NCBI RefSeq assembly: GCF_963921235.1
Contig: NC_086108.1
Span: 76,696,001 to 76,760,000 of the forward strand
Reading direction: 5' to 3'
Length of the DNA: 64,000 bases
DNA from: Mobula hypostoma
Taxonomy: Eukaryota
A program made the position numbers and the translations under genes. Below are positions 60,799 through 64,000 of this stretch, piece after piece (position 1 is the first letter of the stretch; every line of letters begins with the position of its first letter). A model generated the notes under the pieces. The model saw nothing but the letters and a program-made list of their open reading frames with translations. It did not search any database and was not told the origin of the DNA.

Positions 60799-61110
60799 GC
60801 TGGAGGAACTCAGCAGGCCAGCCAGCATCTATGGAAGAGAGTTAAGTTGATGTTTTGGGCTGAAGCCCTTCAGCAGGACTGGAGAAAAGAAGCTGGGGAG
60901 TAGATTTAAAAGTTGGGGGGAGGGGAGAGAGAAACACCAGGTGACAGGTGAAACTTGGAGGGGGAGGGATGAAGCAAAGAGCTAGGAAGCTGATTGGTCG
61001 AAGAGACAGAAGGCCATGGAAGAAAGAAGAAAGGTGAGGTAGAGAGGAGCACCAGAGGGAGGTGATGATCAGACAAGGAGATAAGGTGAGAGAGGGAAAT
61101 GGGGATGGGA
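60670..61110 (-). mobile_element. PLE pLTR plus tail, with a degenerate hammerhead at ~60845-60882
   Basis: Reverse complement of the 30950-31330 type; gggctgaagcccttcagcaggactgg. Confidence 0.9.
60707..60796. repeat. Compound (CA)n / alternating purine-pyrimidine microsatellite inside the PLE
   Basis: cacatgcatatgcacgcacatgtacatgcacacgcgtgcacgcata followed by a pure (CA)n run. Confidence 0.95.
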
Positions 61111-62489
61111 TATAAACATGGTATAAAAATCAATACCATGTTCCTCCTTTAAAAATAAAAAAATCACATGCCAACTACCTGTCCAGTCTTGGTGCCCTCA
61201 ACTTTAGCAAATGGTCTTCCAATTTCCAGATGTGATGTGACATGATTTCCTCCAAAATCAGACGTTGTTCACTATTAGGTCTTTAAGTGATCTAAGATGT
61301 GTTGGGTTACCATCACCTTCTTCCACACCTGACGCCAGTCTAATGTGACCTAGTAGTAGCACCTCTTGCCAAAGTATGCCTTTCTTCTTCAGGACATGAT
61401 TATTTGTCAGTCCATGCTTCATCTTCTTCCACCTTCCTCACTCTGTGCAAAGCTATTTGTAATCGTGCAGCTGAAGTAATATCTTGCAAGGAGTGGGAAG
61501 TGGGGAACGGATAACTGCCTTATCAGTTCTATCTGCTGGACTGTATAGTTGAAACAACTTTCTGGTGTACTGTATCATAGCTTTCTTAATTACTTCAGAG
61601 AATATCTGCCAGCAAGATTCAATGCTGTCTTCTTACTCATCAGCAAAACCTGGCGTTAATGTTGGTGGCTTCCTTCATATTATACTTTGCTCCAGAAACA
61701 ATTTGAAATGTTATTGGTTTCCATTGCATCTACATCTCAGCAGTGATACATTTATTGACTTTGCTTGGCAGTGACAGTTGGTGCTCTGAATCTGACACAG
61801 CTTCTGTCCATGCATGGTCCATATTGTCCATTCTATGACTTACGATGTGCAGCGTGTACAGATGATTTGGCAGGCCACATCATACACATTTTGTCCTGTC
61901 ACAGGCACTCAGGCTGCTGACCTCCACACATGTAACATCCTGGTCACTCTGACTGTCATCTCCTTGCTCTGTCTTTTGTCTCTTGTTTCAACACATGAAT
62001 GTCCTTCAGCTGACTCTAACCGTTCTAGGCAGGCTTGAAATAGATCTTTAACCTTGGACTTTTCCAGAGTCAAAACTGTTTCATACTGCTGCTATTCCCT
62101 CAGGTGAAACTCCAGTATTCCAGGTGTAGTTCAATTTTTGATGAGCCTGTTCTTCAAAACTGCAGTTATCTGCCAACAATCTTAACTGTGTAAAGGAACT
62201 ATCTAAGGATTCTCTAAGCTCTTGATTGCATACAAGGAATCAGAGATGCTCAAATGTTTCATTTCTAAATTCTTGTAATATATCTCATGCATTCTCCAGA
62301 GTCTCATATGAGAGTTTTATGGAATAGTACAAGATTCTCCCCTTGTGACCAATAAGATACAATAATGCCTTTACTTTTGTCAGGTCTGGTTTATCCACCG
62401 TTATCGGCTCAATACTGCCTGTAACTGTTTCTTGCATTGTTCTCATTCTTTAAACAGATTACTTACCTGGAAATTGAGAGGCTCCTCAA

Positions 62490-62590
62490 CTATAGATAAA
62501 ATAAAGAATACTACAGCACAATATCAACCATTCAGCCCACAATGTATTGAACTTTAAACCTACTCCAATCTAACCCTTTCCTTCCACATC
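62490..62590 (-). mobile_element. CR1 3' tail remnant
   Basis: tacagcaca...ttcagcccacaatg...aatctaaccctttcc. Confidence 0.6.
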
Positions 62591-63009
62591 TTAGTGTTTC
62601 TGTAGTATCTCAGTTTAGTCACACAGCTTTCTGATTTCAGGCACATATTTATGCATCATCTGAGGTGGGAGGCATCACACCTGAAATTCAACCATTAAGG
62701 TTCGAGTACAGAATGTTAAACTTTTTAGTTTCTTCAGCAAGGACTTCTGATACCATGTCCTTGGTACCTTCTTTCATTCATTCTCATCAGGCACTGGGGC
62801 ATAGCCAGTGATTTAAACCAATGAGCAAAGATCCTTATTTATAAAATAATTCACATTATGCAAAACAGTATTTCTTACAGCAGGTTTTACTACAGGGGAG
62901 GACAACTTTCGGTCACTTTTCCGCTGACTCAACAGTGGAGAGCAGTTGGTCACATGCCAAAATTCTTACAGTGGGACCAACCAAAATTGTATATATCTCA
63001 GAACATAAT

Positions 63010-63207
63010 TATTTTACTATGCTATTGCATTGTGCTATATGTAATTGTGCTTTTGTTTCTTGTGAAAATTGTGTATAATTTATGTTTTTTTTCTTGTGAA
63101 TGCTGCTTATGTGATGCTCTGTGCCTATGAAACTGCTGCAGTATGTTTTTCACTACACCTGTGCAAGCGTGTACTGGCACATATGACAATAAACTCGACT
63201 TCGACTG
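63010..63207 (+). mobile_element. Rex/Babar-like 3'UTR
   Basis: gatgctctgtgcct...gctgctgca...acacctgtgc...gacaataaactcgacttcgact. Confidence 0.65.
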
Positions 63208-63264
63208 AGTGCAGTTAGCGTTCAGTGAGAAAGGAAATTAATACGTTGATGCGACTAAACAAGG

Positions 63265-63420
63265 AATCATAGAATTGATATTGCACAGGTGGAGGTCATT
63301 GTCCAAACAAGCCCGCATTAGATGTCCATAAGGCAATTCAGGAATTTTCATTCCCATACATTTTCCTTGAAGCCCTGCAAATTATTCTTCTTCAAGTGTC
63401 TGTTCTCAAATGGCTAAATG
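63265..63420 (-). mobile_element. Degraded CR1 3' tail
   Basis: aatcatagaat...gcacaggtggaggtcatt...gccctgcaaattatt. Confidence 0.5.
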
Positions 63421-63833
63421 GCTACACTGCTGATGTCCATTCTGCTGTGCCGGAAGGGGTGAGGGCCTGAAACTTGTGGTCATGATGACTTTGACTGGCA
63501 GGCAGGTCTTTTGGAAGTGGGGTCCTCGTTCAGGCTCATGTTAAACTCAGTCAGCCATGTCTGGCTGTCCATTTTTCCAGTATGCCCAGAACCACACTCC
63601 CAAAATAGACTTTTGGGTTCATTCATTGGGAGTCATTTGCCCTTTCAAGCACTTTTTTGCTCCACTTGTGGGATATGGGTCTCAGTAGCCTCTTCAGAGC
63701 CCACAGACCTGGGATGTAAATAAGTAATCACTGGTTCTGAGGGACTGCCTGAGAAGAAGTAGAGGAAGCCATAACCCTCAAGCTGACTTCCTGCTAAACC
63801 TATAAGGGAGGACTACTCATATATTACTAGGCT

Positions 63834-64000
63834 GGCTGGTGGCGTAGTGGCATCAGCGCCGGACTTTGGAACGAAGGCTCTGAGTTCAAATCCAGCCGGC
63901 TCCCTTGCACACTTTCCATCCGTGCTGGGTTGAGTGTCAAGCTAGCAACTTGGCCTCATAAAAATAAGAAAGCCTGCTAAAAAAATGCCGTTATGGCGCT
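63834..64000 (+). mobile_element. tRNA-derived SINE head (not V-type), truncated by the window edge
   Basis: A box TGGCGTAGTGG, B box GAGTTCAAATCC, GGCTGG/CCAGCC acceptor-like stem; anticodon arm does not pair. Confidence 0.75.

Noticed and set aside
16437..61110. Recurring gctggaggaactcagcagg repeats as a CRISPR-like or tandem array
   Set aside because: Copies are dispersed, occur in both orientations and are linked to a GIY-YIG PLE end; the context is eukaryotic.
63834..63897. Functional tRNA gene
   Set aside because: Anticodon and T stems do not pair properly and there is no adjacent oligo-T terminator; better explained as a SINE head.

Overview
AT-rich, CpG-depleted vertebrate DNA with no recognisable host protein-coding exon; most likely a large intron or gene desert. 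The repeat complement resembles cartilaginous-fish (ray-like) genomes, which is inference only. It includes many CR1 and Rex1/Babar LINE fragments, V-domain tRNA-SINEs, RTE derivatives, Tc1 and hAT remnants and about 14 Penelope-like element (PLE) pieces. All convincing ORFs are transposon-derived. The most interesting signal is in the PLE terminal repeats (pLTRs). They carry a minimal type I hammerhead ribozyme, consensus CAGUC-CUGA(U/C)GA-A-GGGU-CUCG-GCCC-GAAA-CG-UC/GACUG. Five short copies are fold-back insertions, and two of these place hammerheads back-to-back on opposite strands. Six copies have 8-14 bp target-site duplications (TSDs), the pLTR/tail boundary is fixed, and breakpoints cluster at the ribozyme. 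PLE hammerheads are known as a class; this family's architecture could not be checked against databases. TE-poor blocks contain candidate regulatory elements, including a CTCF-like motif inside a two-state hairpin and a CpG/ETS-rich patch. Boundaries of old repeats are approximate, and all comparisons were made by eye.
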